Shown in pieces: positions 22,101 through 35,399 of a stretch of DNA of 64,000 bases. Each line of letters starts with the position of its first letter. Position 1 is the stretch's first letter. Below the pieces are notes generated by a model, which made no database searches, was not told the origin of the DNA, and saw nothing but the letters and a program-made list of their open reading frames with translations. The position numbers and the translations under genes were made by a program. Where the stretch lies: NCBI GenBank assembly GCA_036172245.1, contig JAYWIR010000024.1:248001-312000 (forward strand). The letters are read 5' to 3'. Source of the DNA: Raillietiella orientalis. Lineage: Eukaryota.

Positions 22101-22799
22101 ATGATAGCCTTTTGGAGTTTTCAAAGTAGATGCCTCGACGCACAGGAGATGCATATAATTGGTGAAGATGCATTGTCCTCGTGAGTCGGTGCTGCCAGTA
22201 AAAAAATTTTTTTTTTTTCTAGAGGCACTACATGCCTAAATTATCGCGCTTGACACAGTGTACCGATGTGTTCAAACGATGAAGTGGTCTGCATTTTAAC
22301 TCCATATTATAGATGATTTTTGCAGTCTAGACTTTTTTTTTTTCAATTCACAGGCGCGTTCTTGGCTCTTTGCTCTGGCAGATTGGTTGCTTGATCTGTG
22401 TCTGGATGCTTAGCATGCTTTCAATACGAGAAGATTAGTGTACATAGCGAGCAGTTGAGTCATCTTCAGAAGTGGAAGAAATGTATGTGTAGAGATGATC
22501 AACTAGTGTTTTATACGTTAAACGAAGATGCTTTTTAATAAACATGAAGAATGTGTCAACGAAACGTCATACCTTTATTTCTTCGGTGGGTGAATTTTGG
22601 ATTGATATAGGTGGTTATTGTTTTTAGCAGATGGATATTCCGTTATTCTTCTGACAACATGGTCTAAGGGTGGTTGTTTCTCCTTTAATATTCAGCTGTC
22701 TTCATTTTGAAACCCTGGCGCTCCTTAATGGCTGAATCAGACACCGCTGCCTTCTTGAGACCACTGGATCACTTTGCACACCTTTGAACAAACCTTCGC

Positions 22800-25700
22800 C
22801 GATGAGAACCTCTGAGAAATACGACTTCACGTCAGGTAATTGCGGTAAATGCCTTTCTTCCTCATCCATTCGATGAGTAAGAGATTGGATGGGCCTGCTC
22901 TGACTGTCAATGCTAATTCGTGAATCACGGAGGAAAAACATTTTCCTCCCATTTCAAGGGTGTATCCCCACAATCTTCGATCTGCTCTACAAGATGAAGA
23001 GCAAGATACAGCTGCGGAAGCAGCAATCAGCTGTTCAGGGGACACGAAGGATGCTGCTCGGTACCGTGGCGTTTGTGGACCAGGGCGAACAGCAAAAAAT
23101 TCCACGTTCAGCTTTATGAGAAAAACCCTTTGACTTCCTACATTTCTTGAACACGATTTCTCCCGTGGAAGGCTCATCTTCAGCTCATCCCCTGAGTTAC
23201 CCACGGAAAGTTCTAGCGTGTTACCACCATGAGATTTTACTTTCAAGTGCATTTCCCGGGATGTTCTCTCATCCGGGGAAATGCGTTCTTCGCACCTGAG
23301 CTTTAAAACTGGAACCCAGAGAGTCGAAGAGTCCTTCTTTTTAAAGATCCTTCCCATTCCTTCTGGATTGGACCATGATTTTATCCATGCTCTGATCCCC
23401 TCTGGCTTTACGGCCAATGCTTACTGGTTCAGGGAGAGGACCTCGCTGCGTGCGTTTGCGACATACACCAAAGAGCTTTTTGAGCATTGGTACTGAGTGG
23501 TAGGGCTCAAACCGGTTTGCAGAGTCCAATGTAGGGAGCAGAATGCTGAGTTCTGCTGGTAGGTGGAGCACGGGACAGAGTCTCAGTCTGCAGTTTGCTA
23601 GAGACGAGCTGAGAAGCTTCGCCGTCATTCCTTTTTTGGAAAGAGACCAATCATCCCGAACATCATTCTCATTCATTTTCCAGAGGAGATCCATGCTGTT
23701 TAGCCAGAAAGATTTGTATGATGAATTATGAGTTGCCCCCATGGAAAAAAACAGATGCCGTAGAAACAGCCTTTCTCAGTCCTGCGCGTCCCCAGCGGAT
23801 AGAGTTACGTTCGGGAACTAGCACTAGATGTTCTGGAACAAGCACATAAGACGTATTCTGGAAGATCGGGAGCATGTGCCAGTCTCCTCAATATACAGGG
23901 CAACTTCGCTATCGGTAGGTAGCTGTTTCAAGATCCTGCTGATTTCGTCAGATCCAGCTGAGCAAGAATCAGCTTCACGAATCTCACTCTCGGTAGCACA
24001 AAAGAAATTTCACCCATCATCTGACAAATAATTCGGAGGGCTCGTTCCCGGTTTGGTAGGAGGGAAAAAAACTTGGCAGGCTCCGTTGTGATGTCAGGAG
24101 CATGGAGACGACCGTCGGTGGAGGAGGCTTGACCACTGCATGAATTACACGATGCAAGAGCGTCCCAGATCCAGGGGACTACTCAGAAACATTGGGAGCT
24201 GGTTGTCCTCTAGCCAGCCGGTTCCCGGAATGGCTTCGACCAGATCTGGTGCTCTGCGAAGAAGGAAGAGTAGACGGATGTCTCCGGCTTCCTAGAGAAA
24301 TCATTTGGAGGCAGGAGAGCGAGAGTTGTCTCACCTCTTTGCCTCTGAAGGAAGGCAATGGCAGGAAGAGCGATCTTCGTAGGATCGCTGCGATAATAGA
24401 AATCCGGAGAATAGCTTAGTGATATGAGAACTGAGGATCCATGGGAGGCAAACGAAATGGCGTGCTCGAGCATTCAGAGTCCTGGAACACATACAGGAAT
24501 TGTCGAAATGATTATCGATGTAACCGCAGGGAACCATAATCTTGTCCGGAGGGCGAGACGAAGAGGGCAGATTGAGCTTGGGGGTGACGAAAAATTCCTT
24601 TCTTCCTCATTCATTCGAAGCCCTCATCAAACAAGGATTGTAAACAAAAAAAGAGGCTCCGATGCGAGCAAAGATTGAAACGAATCTCAGCAGAATTCTG
24701 GAGAAAGTATTCTCTCCGTTCCTTCCAAGTAATTATGCACCAGAGGATACTGAGCAGTCTGCATGATGCATATGGAACCACAGAGCTCCCAAGATGGGGT
24801 GACCATCAACATGCTGATGATTCTGAGACTGCCTCCTTTGGTAGTCCCACATCTGTGTTCCCGAGAATATGCAAGAAGCCGGCTACTGAAACTCTGGTCT
24901 GATGAAAGACACGCGCCCTCGCATTAAAGATTGGGTGCTGCTTCTTCCAGTTATCTGTTCTTACGGTTTTTTTTAATTGTATCCCCAAGTTTTCAATGCA
25001 TTTAACAAAGGCACTGAGCGTTTCTTCAGTACAGTACACTGCACATGTAGACAGTGCCCTAACTTGGACTAGTCTGAAACTCAAATCATCATCGTAGATT
25101 TGCCTTCTAGCTTTGCTAGCTTCCGCTACTGAGATCCTTGGGTATGAGTTCTTTCAAAAGATTGCTTGTTTTTCCTTCAGTACGAACGGATGCCCAGTAA
25201 AATCAAGGGGAGAACTGTGTAGAGTTGCATTTCGATTCAGAGCATCATTGATGCATCACGAACAGCCGCAACATCTCCCCGAAATAGAATTTATTCGAGT
25301 CGTCGATAACCATATACGTTATGGAGCATTTCAACCAGCTCAGTTTTCGGGAATGTCGTCCTGGAGACTCCGACCTTGCTCTTTAGGCGTTTTCCTTTCG
25401 TTCTATCGACCTTCTGCCGAAGCGCTGCTTACTCTCACTTTCGTGTAATCCTCGCTGCTTCTTTGTTTCTTTGTTTCCCAGACAAAAATCACATCCTTGT
25501 GACCGCAAGCAGCATCCAAAGCCTCTTCGGACGGAAAGCGAAATGATTCTCCAATGCTTCGATCTTGTACAGATGCTTGCAAGATGCGGATAAGCATGTC
25601 GGCAGGTTTCCTTAGAAGATTTGTTCCAGACTGCTCATTCTGAGAAACAGATGTACAGAAAAAATTCTGGATTATATGCCAGTGTTTATCGCCTCTGTAG

Positions 25701-25930
25701 TGTTCACTGTCCTCCCAGATCATGAATCCTTTCTTCTCTCAGGGAGAGTGGTGACCAGATCACTTGCAGGTAGTAGAAATGGCGACCATGAAAACGACGA
25801 AAAACTAGGGTCCAAGAGGCAGAGAACCCACTGTTAATCTTGGAAATTTTCGCGGTCGTTTTCAGGTACTGATCTTCAGGGAAACTACCATGAACAGTTC
25901 AAGGACCGTATGCATTTTTGAAAGAAACGA
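22800..25930 (-). mobile_element. Near full-length degenerate L1/Tx1 ORF2 relic (EN+RT)
   Basis: Colinear on the - strand: SLN(V)HG (about 25900), VLCLLD (LQET-like, about 25820), RTLNA (about 24480), a KAFD-like site (about 24280), GSDE (YADD-like, about 23950) and KARGDQ (GGLG-like, about 23400). Confidence 0.55.
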
Positions 25931-25999
25931 TGGGAAAGACACTTATGCTTGAGCTTTCCGCTTTCTTTTCTCCACGGATTGTACAAAAGATCAAAGGAA

Positions 26000-27400
26000 T
26001 CTTGCAAAAGATTTTCCGATAGATACCTGCCATTCATTTGGAAATTGTCATCCTCTCGTCCTTTCAGCTCCATTCTTTTGCTCCGACTTTAACGGCTCCG
26101 CTTTCAAATTTTCGGTACAGCAAGATTGACCCATCTGCCTCGACATTCACCTGCGTCTGGGCATCCATGTTCATTTGGATGGATGGGACATGGATTTCGC
26201 CTTGTAATGGAGAAATCCATCTCCTTTCTGTCTACTGGTTTTATAGGTAGCGACTGCTGCCGGATTGATCTCAGGGAGTGGAGAGGAGGCGTACGTCCGG
26301 ATCGTTCCTCTTATCTGCGTGCTGCTGTTTGTGAAATTCGTCTTATCCCATGAGAACATGAACTCTGCGTGCAATAACTTTCGTGGAGTCAACCTCCACT
26401 TTCCAGAGGATTCTTCAAGGAAAGCCGAAAAGCATAAGGCTGCAACAGCAAAGAGGCTCAGAAAAATGGAAACTCTTGAAATGATATCAGTAAACGAAGT
26501 CTCTTCATTACTTCGAAAAAGTGACAACATCTTTCAAGGGAGGTTTTGCCTTTCGATTTTTGACGCTACGTTTCCCTGGCAACAAAATGCACTTGCATGA
26601 CCTCTTCCAATAGGAAGCTCAGACTGTTCCATTTCCCGAAACGGGAGGTCCTCGATTCGATAAATTTTTTCCAGAAGCTCATGGCAGCGGGAGGAAGGAA
26701 TTATCTGCACCATCCGCTTTCCAAACGCATGACTGGTCTTCAGCACTGTGAGGGAGCACGAGTGATCACTATGGAAGGTGTGAATGCATCACCTCCTAGT
26801 CAACAACTATTCGGCTCATTCGAGGGCAACTCTTTTCATCCGGATCGAACAGTTCCTGTGCTGCCTCCACTTGCTGGGAAGATGGAAATGCGAGACGTTC
26901 TCAGCTGCAGACGGCTCCCGCGGAAATCCTGTCTTCCAGCTCTTCATTGTTTTCCCAAATTGGAACCGCTAGGTCCCTCAGACGAGCATTAGCTACCATT
27001 AGCTCTTTGTCTGTCACCGAGCCGGAATTGGCTCGAGAATCCCCTTTCTCTATCTGGATCCCTAAGCAACCTGACTCCAGTTATTCTCCTTTATGGGTTT
27101 GTTTTTCACCCACGCGTCTAGCCCACCTTTATTGTTCCCTAGAGTTGCAGGCTCCCAGGGCTGCGTTCCCAGTGTTTTCACCGCTCAGGTGCTCTCGCAC
27201 CGGGAAGATATCGTCACTTGACAGAGCGTGCACGTTTCTCAGGCTCCGAAGGTGCTACCAGAATTTCCCAGTGGTGGTTTCATCTTCCTCCTGGAGCAGA
27301 AAGATCTACGAATCCCTCTGGTTTCCCCCCACGAATCCTCAATTCCCTCCGATCGAAGAGAGGGCTCTCAGAGGTCATCTGGCCAATTATAAGGCAGAAT
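26000..27400 (+). mobile_element. Degenerate LINE RT relic
   Basis: GGVRPDRS...LLFV (GVRQG..LLF-like, about 26285), then FRGVNLHFPED (YADD region). Confidence 0.45.
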
Positions 27401-29299
27401 ATTTGCTCTGCTCCTTTTCTGATCGCAACATCAGTCTCGATCAAAAGTCTCGAGCAATCCTGCTTTGTCCAGCAGAATAGAACGGAAGGAGGGATGGAAG
27501 AAGAGGCAAGCCAAGACGATCAGAGGTTAAAAATCCACCGGTGCGAAAAGGAAAGCCAAATGTAGCAGTTCGTTCCCTCGCTTCAAGATCGCTTCTGTAT
27601 TGTTTCGGGTAGAAATCCAGATGTTGCAGATAAAAATCGTGGAGTCATGGAAACCAGAACTTACTATGGCTGCTTCAGAGAGAATGGATCCACAATCTTC
27701 TTTACCAATCAGACTTCACATATTAAGATGGTCCCGAAAGACAGCGACCAAATAAACAGACGCGAATATTTTCTTTCGCTATAGATTTGTGCTCTAAAGA
27801 TTAGTGATTTGCAAGGATGGAAAGAGCAGTAGCGTAGATCCCGCGCAGAGGCTACGTCTCTCTATTTTGCTTCGTTCCGCAACAATGGACTCAGCAGGTC
27901 TTCTGTTCAAAGGTGACGCCTTCCAAGTACCTTCGAATCTTTTAAATTACAAGTTGGATGGCAAAGTTGGAGGAGGGATCAGGGAATTCATATTTCTTGG
28001 TGGACCTTATCTGCGACTGATCTGCTCTCAGCCGACCTTCCTTGAGGTTGTCCAAGGCAGAGGAAGACGCTCTACAAAGCAAAGAACTGAGGTCAAGAAA
28101 GGAAACGTGAGATGTTTTAAAAAATCCGTGGTACACTGCTGACTTCTTGGATGTATTTGGACAACTAACCAGCTGAAGAATCAGCGCTGTCGATGTGTTA
28201 GTGCCACTATCTTTTGAACCTACCAACTGGAAGGATTAAGATGGTTTCAAGAGCCCATATGCTGTTGACAATCTTCTGATGGGGAACTCAGACTCGTAGC
28301 TTGACTGCTCCATCTCGTCATCCTTCGCTTTGGAGCGGTTCGTCTAGAAACCTTCAGAGTTACAAACCTTAAGTTTCTTCAGGAGCTTTCTCCTTTCTCT
28401 CGAAGGAGATTGCGGACACAGAGAAGCTAGGGACACTCCACGACATAGGGACCGCCACGTGCCCTGTGCTGATGCATGTGTGTGACACGGGGAGACTTGT
28501 GTGTAGGACGAGGACGAGATGGCACTGTTGAGTGGAAACCGGAAAAGAAAGAGTTCTTTTCTCTTTCAGTTTATGGATTCGGAGGAGCCCTCGCTGAGGA
28601 TCACAAGGACAGCCTACGTTTCAGCGTTTCTCTTAAGCTTTCTTTTCCCATTAGGCATGCTGCTGTCTCTGCCCCAGGAGAGCTCGCTTCACGAGGGAAA
28701 TAAGGCGACCAGTGGACCAGGCATCCTTCGTATTCCTGCTGCTTTCTTGATCCACTTCATTGTTCGGACTATGTTCCCGAAGTGTTGCTGGCACCCTAAA
28801 GTTTGCGAGCAGAGTCTCAAAACTGCCCGAGGGTTTCAGGTTAGTTGACATGATGGAATGTACGATAGAAGAAAGTCCGAAAATCTCCATGGTCCGATCT
28901 GAGCAGCTGAACCGCTAACCAGAAGCCTTGGTTTCTCATTCCTGCCGCTCTTCCACAAGGCTGCTCTCTTCTCAACGATCTCATCTCGGTTTCCATCGCT
29001 GGAAAAGGCTAAGCGAACGGACATTTGGCAGCCAGTCGGATCGTGATCCTTTGCACAGCAGGAGGCCGAGTCCGGAATGGATAACATCTAGACGAGTCTC
29101 TCAGAAGCCAGGGAGATCCAGACAGCTCTCTCTCTCGAGTGCTGAAAGAGACGCTACTGCTGCTCAAACTGTTGCCAAAGAGGATCCGTTCCATCTCCAA
29201 AACTCTGCAAGTCAGTTCCTGGAACTTGGGACGGTTAGGGTCCCAAGGGGAGCATGACACTCTGGAGCATTTTTCCTCGCATGTGCAAGGTGAGATACG

Positions 29300-31000
29300 A
29301 GACTACAGTGGAAGCTTTCTGAGCATTTCCTCCACATTTGATTCCAGTTTCCATCCTTCTCCCGTGGTCTCGTCACCACGATTCTCGAAGATGTGCGTCG
29401 TTCCGTCGTGAAGATCCTGATAACCTGTTGTTTTACCTCTTTCGGTAATCACGTGATCTCTGGACGTGGAATGCGAGACTCATCTGCAAAGATACCTCTT
29501 TAGGGCGTCCTCCACATACGAAGGAAAAACCTTCTTCCGTCTCTACAGGAAGAAGGGCTCCATCCTTACGTCCCTGCAGATGAAAGAAAAAAGGGGAAGG
29601 AAGAAAGCCTATTTGCAACTGCTCGTTTGTGCCGCTTCCCAGCAACCTTCACCACCTTATTCATCTTGTCGATCCGTCGCCAGCAGCCAGTAAGCAGAAC
29701 AAACAAAACAGACAAGTAGGAGCCAAACGCAAATCTGGAGGACAATAGGAGTGTTATCTTAGGGACGAGGTGTGCAAACCAGTCTCACATCTGCATTCTG
29801 TTTGCTTCCATATGAACTCTCTTGTTTCCAGGGAGAGGTTATCGACGCTAGAGAAGGAAGGGGAATGAAGAAGAATTCATGTCGAAAAAGACAAGGAAGG
29901 GAACCTACCGGGTCCATCTCGGCCCGGGTCATGTCTCTTCCGTAGACTGCGCGAGAAGGGTCTCGAAGAATCCTCAAGAAAAAGGATAGCTTTCATCGGA
30001 AAAAGATGGTTTCATTACAAAATCTGTTGCTCAAGTTCCGGATTCAAGCAAATGACGATTTCCTGAGTGATATTCCAGCTTCTCGATCTTTCTGGAAGAG
30101 ATCCACGACTCGCCAAGGCTCCTCTTTCCCTTCTTCGCTTTGCTTTATCTCATCTCACAAGACTTTGTTTCCAGGCAATGATCCGAGTCAGTCCTCTCTA
30201 GCTTGGATTCTTGTTTGCTCAGGTCCTGAGGAGCACTCTTCCTGCTCCTCCATTCACCACTACGACTTCCGCATACTCTGCCGGTTCCAAAACAGTGCTG
30301 TTCAGTTCCATAAAAGGTTTTCGGGATCACCTCTCAGAGTCTCTTCCTTTTCGGTTGCTTCCACAGGATGCCCAAGTTCTGCTGCATTTTCTCGGCAAGA
30401 GAAGCCAGCATGCTTCCCTTGGCTCAACTCCTGTGCTACTCACGAGGGTCTCTGAGAGAGCACTCGCAGAATCAGTAACTTCATTGACCGTGGCTTGGTT
30501 CACCAGTTTGGTTCTTCAGCATCCATCGGCTCTTCCGGAGCTCCAGGTTTGTTCCGATTCATATTAGTACTCTGTGCAAAGAATAGTCGCAGCTACCCTT
30601 GTGATGGTCGTCAGTAAAGGTCAGCCTCGTCGACTTGCCATCGAATTTTTGGTCCAGTAGCTACTAAAGGAATACTGATCATTTCCTCATGAGAGAGATC
30701 TCATGCAGCGTGGGACCGAGTTTTTTTGGCCAGAGGTTGCAGCTTCCGTGACCTTGGTGGAGGATATGTAGAGCGACCTTGGTTTCAGCTCCCGCTCACT
30801 TGCATCATCGGCGAGAGTCACTCCCCACGAATTTACTTTCAGATGCTCAAAAGGCAGTTGCCTTCCTGCGGCTGTTTCCAGAGGAGCAAAACTGTTGACC
30901 CCATGAGACGAAGTTCAGCATCTGGGTCGACCAGCATCCACACGTTGGTGATAGAATTGAGCATGCAGAGATCGTAGAAGCCCTGATTTTTCCAGGCCCT
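29300..31000 (-). mobile_element. Degenerate LINE RT N-terminal relic
   Basis: cccgggccg(a)gatgga reads PGPDG with a 1-nt insertion (29928-29911), followed by PIVL and KEVSLQ (RPI.L and KAFD positions). Confidence 0.45.
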
Positions 31001-34000
31001 GCAGAAAGCAGAGTACTTTATTTTTAGCACAAGAGGGTGAGCAAATCAAGTAGAGAAATGAGCTGTCGCTGAAAGTGTTTTTTGTTCACATTCACCTGTG
31101 TTCTTCACGCTTCTTCCCCACTTTCCTTTGACGACCACTGATCGAAGATTTCTCGCTTTTCCGCCGCTTCCGGTATGCACGTTCCTTCGGAAGATAAGTC
31201 GAGAGTTCACTAGCTGGGTATCTGGAGATGGTTTGCTATCGTGACGATGGAAGCCTGGGGTGTTTTGGTACTGCTGTGTTTTCCAGAAGGAAGAATGTGC
31301 TCTTCAGGTTCCCTACCTCTAGAAATGCCGGAGCATCTCCCTTTTGACCTCGAGATATCTCATCAAATCTCAGTTCTTCTGCTCCTTCTAGTTTTAGTTT
31401 ACAGCATCTTTTTCCTCGGTCATTCTGTCCTTTTCTGAGGTTGTCCCTGCGGCCGGGGTCTGTGCTTCTGGCAGTCTTTCTCGGTGTGCCTTGCTGCCCA
31501 AAGAAGCAGAATTTTCGGCTTGGGCCGCTGCACTTGCTGCCATCAAGCACGAGGCTGCTCCACTTCCGAGCGGTATGCAAACGCAGCGTAAATTAGCTGG
31601 CCCATGACCTGCATGTGTCTTCGCACGGCGACGATTCATCCAGATCGATGAGGCTGGAGATTTCGGCTACGCGGAAGCGAGAGATGCCTAGAAACTGTCA
31701 CCTCATTAGGCCTATTATTGGCGACATCTGAGAAAGAAAAGCAGGAAAAGAAAGAGAGAATACATCTCTTTTGGCAACACTAACGCGCATCGTCACGTAG
31801 CAATGGCACACAGGGACGAACATCCGAATCTTCTCCTTGCAGAATCCGCAACCAACCCTCAAATTATTTGCCTCTCACTCCTCCTCCATGATGTTTTCCT
31901 CCAGTTTCTCCTGGAGTTTGCTGTGCCTCTTGGAGTCTCAATCCTCAGAGTTTTCCGTCAACCCGCCTTCAGAGTGCTCTCGTGCGTGCCAGCATCCGAA
32001 TCCGTCCACTCTGTCTCTGTCGTACTGTCTCACTTCGAGACGTCTCGTGTTTCCGATGACGGCATCAGAAAGCTGAAGGACTGAAGGACTTGGAACGGAT
32101 CGAATCACTGCGGAGGGATTTCCTTCCCCTTCTAGGCGATGTTGACTCCCTTCCAGGACCCGCAGTTTACCATTCACCCTGCAGAGGGGCCATCTCTCCT
32201 CGGACACTCACCAAGCAGGCTCTTCCAGAAGAAAGAAGGTTTCGAAGGTTCACCACAGAGGGATCCAGGAGGGTTTCCTGGGGGTCTGCCTCCTGGAAGT
32301 TCCATGCTTATGCATCCTTGGAGCAGCAGTCCGACGTTCTTCAGCGTCGAAAAAAGAGGGGAACTGAGGGGGATGCCAACTTCCTACGGCCTCTTCTGTC
32401 CGAAGCGCACACATCCTCTGCTTGTAGCTCCCTCAAGATCCTCCAGATAAAATGTCCATGCGTTGTGCCTTTTTCAGGAGCACCTGAATGTCCTTACGTG
32501 TTCCCATCTGGCTAGGGCGTGATCGCAGATCCGGCTCTGATAGGGTGGGATGGAGGATTCCGAGTCATTCCGGTGAAGAAACACCGAAGCATGCAGGGGA
32601 AGAGGGTAATGTCCTGATAAGTTCCACATCCCTCGATCAGCCACACATTCCGGCTTGTGGCATAGGAGGATACCGAGGCGTTTCAGGAACAACCTCTGCG
32701 CAGGTCCCGCAGTTTCTGCAAAGGGCAGCCACATCATGGTGTTGCCTCGGAGCCAGTCCCGTTTTCTTCGTGGAGATGTCTTCTAGCAGACTTAATCCAG
32801 CGACGAAATGTGTCGGTGAAACAAGCTGTGTGGGGTAGGGAGCCGTTTTCTCGACTCACTTTCATCCTGCGCTGCGCGGCAAATCATCGCGGTCTTCCCG
32901 CCTCACGTCATCGCCTCTGATCACGTGGCATGCGAGGCTTTCGGCAGATAGAAGCGGGTGAGAAATGCCGGCGGTCCGTGGTAGCTCCCGTCCCACGTTG
33001 CACGCCTTTCCGGGAAGTTCGGTAGGGGTGGACGCCGACCGCGGCTGCGCGCTTGCTGAATTGTGCGGACGCTTGTGCGCGGGGATCTTCCCGCTAGGTT
33101 CCGTGAGCTGTACACTGCGACCACGTGATCCTCCTCGGGGTTGATGGATGCCCTCATGAGAGTCAGTTTCCGCGTCGCGATGCGTCCCTCCAGCATCCTT
33201 TAACTTCTCGGATTTCCCTCTACTTTCAGCAACCTCAGAGGCCACTTGCTTCGCTCTGGCGCTGGCAGAGTCTCCCCGTGATTCCAAAGTCGGTTTCGAA
33301 GACTCGTAAGACATTACTCCTGCAGCAGGTCCATGCCACAGTTTCTCCTGGAGCATCCAACGCCATCTAAGATTGTTGCCACGAATCACCGACGAAGAGA
33401 CGCACTTTCCTGAGTGCATTTTCTTTCTCTCTTTCTTTTTTTTTTCGTGACGCTATGTGAGAGCTGAGAACCTTCGATGCCACGCCCTCCATACCCGAGG
33501 AGCATTTTAGAGGTTGACTCTGCCCCACAGGCTGGATAAATAGCTATGGAAGATGCGTGGTTCCTCTGGGGGAAATTTTCCTGGCCTGCCTTCCACAACG
33601 AACGTTTGAGACGGCTCTAAGATTCTTCGTCTCTTGGAGAGGGAGCGACGAGGCATTCTCGGGGTGTCAGAGAAGTCTCGGAGTTTCAGTTCCCTTTTGG
33701 TAACTCTGGTGGGAATTGTGCCACCGGGTGGACTCGCACGAAGAGCTCCCTGAATTAAGACTGCCTATGTCTTCCGGCTGAGGATAACTACGGCCTTCCT
33801 AGTTTCTCTCCGCTTCCTTCCAGCAACGTTCCCGCTGATTTACGCTTCTTTCACAGTGTTTTCAAATTTTCCAGGTGATCGAAGATACCCAGAAAGCGAG
33901 CCTGAAGGCTCTAGAGAATACAGGGTGCTGGATCCGCTACATGAGCGGTGGTCACCCGCATAGTTATGGCTTTAATGGCTCTTTTTCTTGAGACTTCCTT

Positions 34001-35399
34001 TAAATTCCTTCCGTTTGGGGTTCCTCTTTTCCGATGAAATCTGCTTCTCTCCCTTACTACGTCCTTAATAGATCCTGCACCGGTACTGCAAGTCCTCCCT
34101 CCCTCCTCCACGAGAGTTGACCGGATTGATGGGAAGAGGAAAGCAAATGGTACAGATGGTACCACTGCTACAGATACGGTGCCCCTCTTGCCCACGAGAA
34201 CTCCCGCTCCTGTCACCGATCCGGACACTCCTTACTGAGGGACGGACTGGGGGACGATGTCTCCTTAGCAGTCATGGGGAAGAAGAAAAGGACAAGCGAG
34301 TCGACAGCGTTGGAGTCGAGACAGAATTTGTCCGAGGTGAAGGTCAGCGAAACGCTGAGCCTGCCAGTGGTAGTCAGGTCACAACCGGCTGCAGAAGAGA
34401 CGTCTTTTTTCTACCACCAGTAGCAGTAGCTGTTTTCTCGCTTACATCCCTCTCCCTACTTCCCGCAGACTGCAAAACCCATCCACTGTGCGGATCGTTC
34501 GGGACACCCCCCCTTACCCCAGTTCAGGAACGAGTGGGGCTCTCCTCCGCTGCTTGTCTGGACACCTCCGTGGGTACTCCCTACCCCTTGTGAAAAGGAG
34601 ACGGTTCTCTCTCCTTGGAAGCAGGCGCCATCTACACCTGAAGAGGGGACAGAGCGTTCCCGAAGCGTGAATCAGGGCGATCCCTTCTTCACCGTCGCCT
34701 ACCAGACTGCCATGAGGATCCGGGAGGGCCGGGCATCCTAGCAGCAACACTAAAGGATGATTTGTAAAATCAACAGCAGTTAAGATCTTGTGCTGCAGCA
34801 TCCATGACATGGAGCAGCTTTTCTCGAGGCGGAACTATGTCAGCAGAGTCACGAGGCCATGTCTACGCTGGAGACGGAGGACGGAAGGATGGTTTCATCT
34901 CAATATCCTAGCGAGGGAAAACACCAACCGCATCGTGCAAAGACAGAAGGAGGAGTAACGGGCATGCAAGTAATTATTTATTTAGTGCTTGTTTGTTTGT
35001 TTGTTGTTCTCTTCTTGTCGCTCCGGACCTTCCCCATTGGAACAACCGCTCCTCGGAAATGCGCTCAGCCTTCGCTGAGGAAATTCTGGGCAGAATTCGG
35101 TTCCTGCCATGCACGTTTCATTATTTTTCTGGAAAACAATCCCCATTCCTTCTGTTCAACCGGGAAAGGAATCCCAACTGAAAGCGTTCCCGCTCTGCAG
35201 AGAATCTTCCTCTCAGACAATCTGTAATTCCTCTGCGGGCACTTACGATCGACCTCCTTCGCCAGTTCTTCAGATCTGCTCTGTCGGAGACACTGTCGGC
35301 ATCACACTGTTCTCTGGTCCGCTGGCCTTTGTGCAGAAATCCGAGGTAACGGAGCTTCTGCTGCGGCTATTCCTGTTCACGGAACTACTCCCGGAAGCT

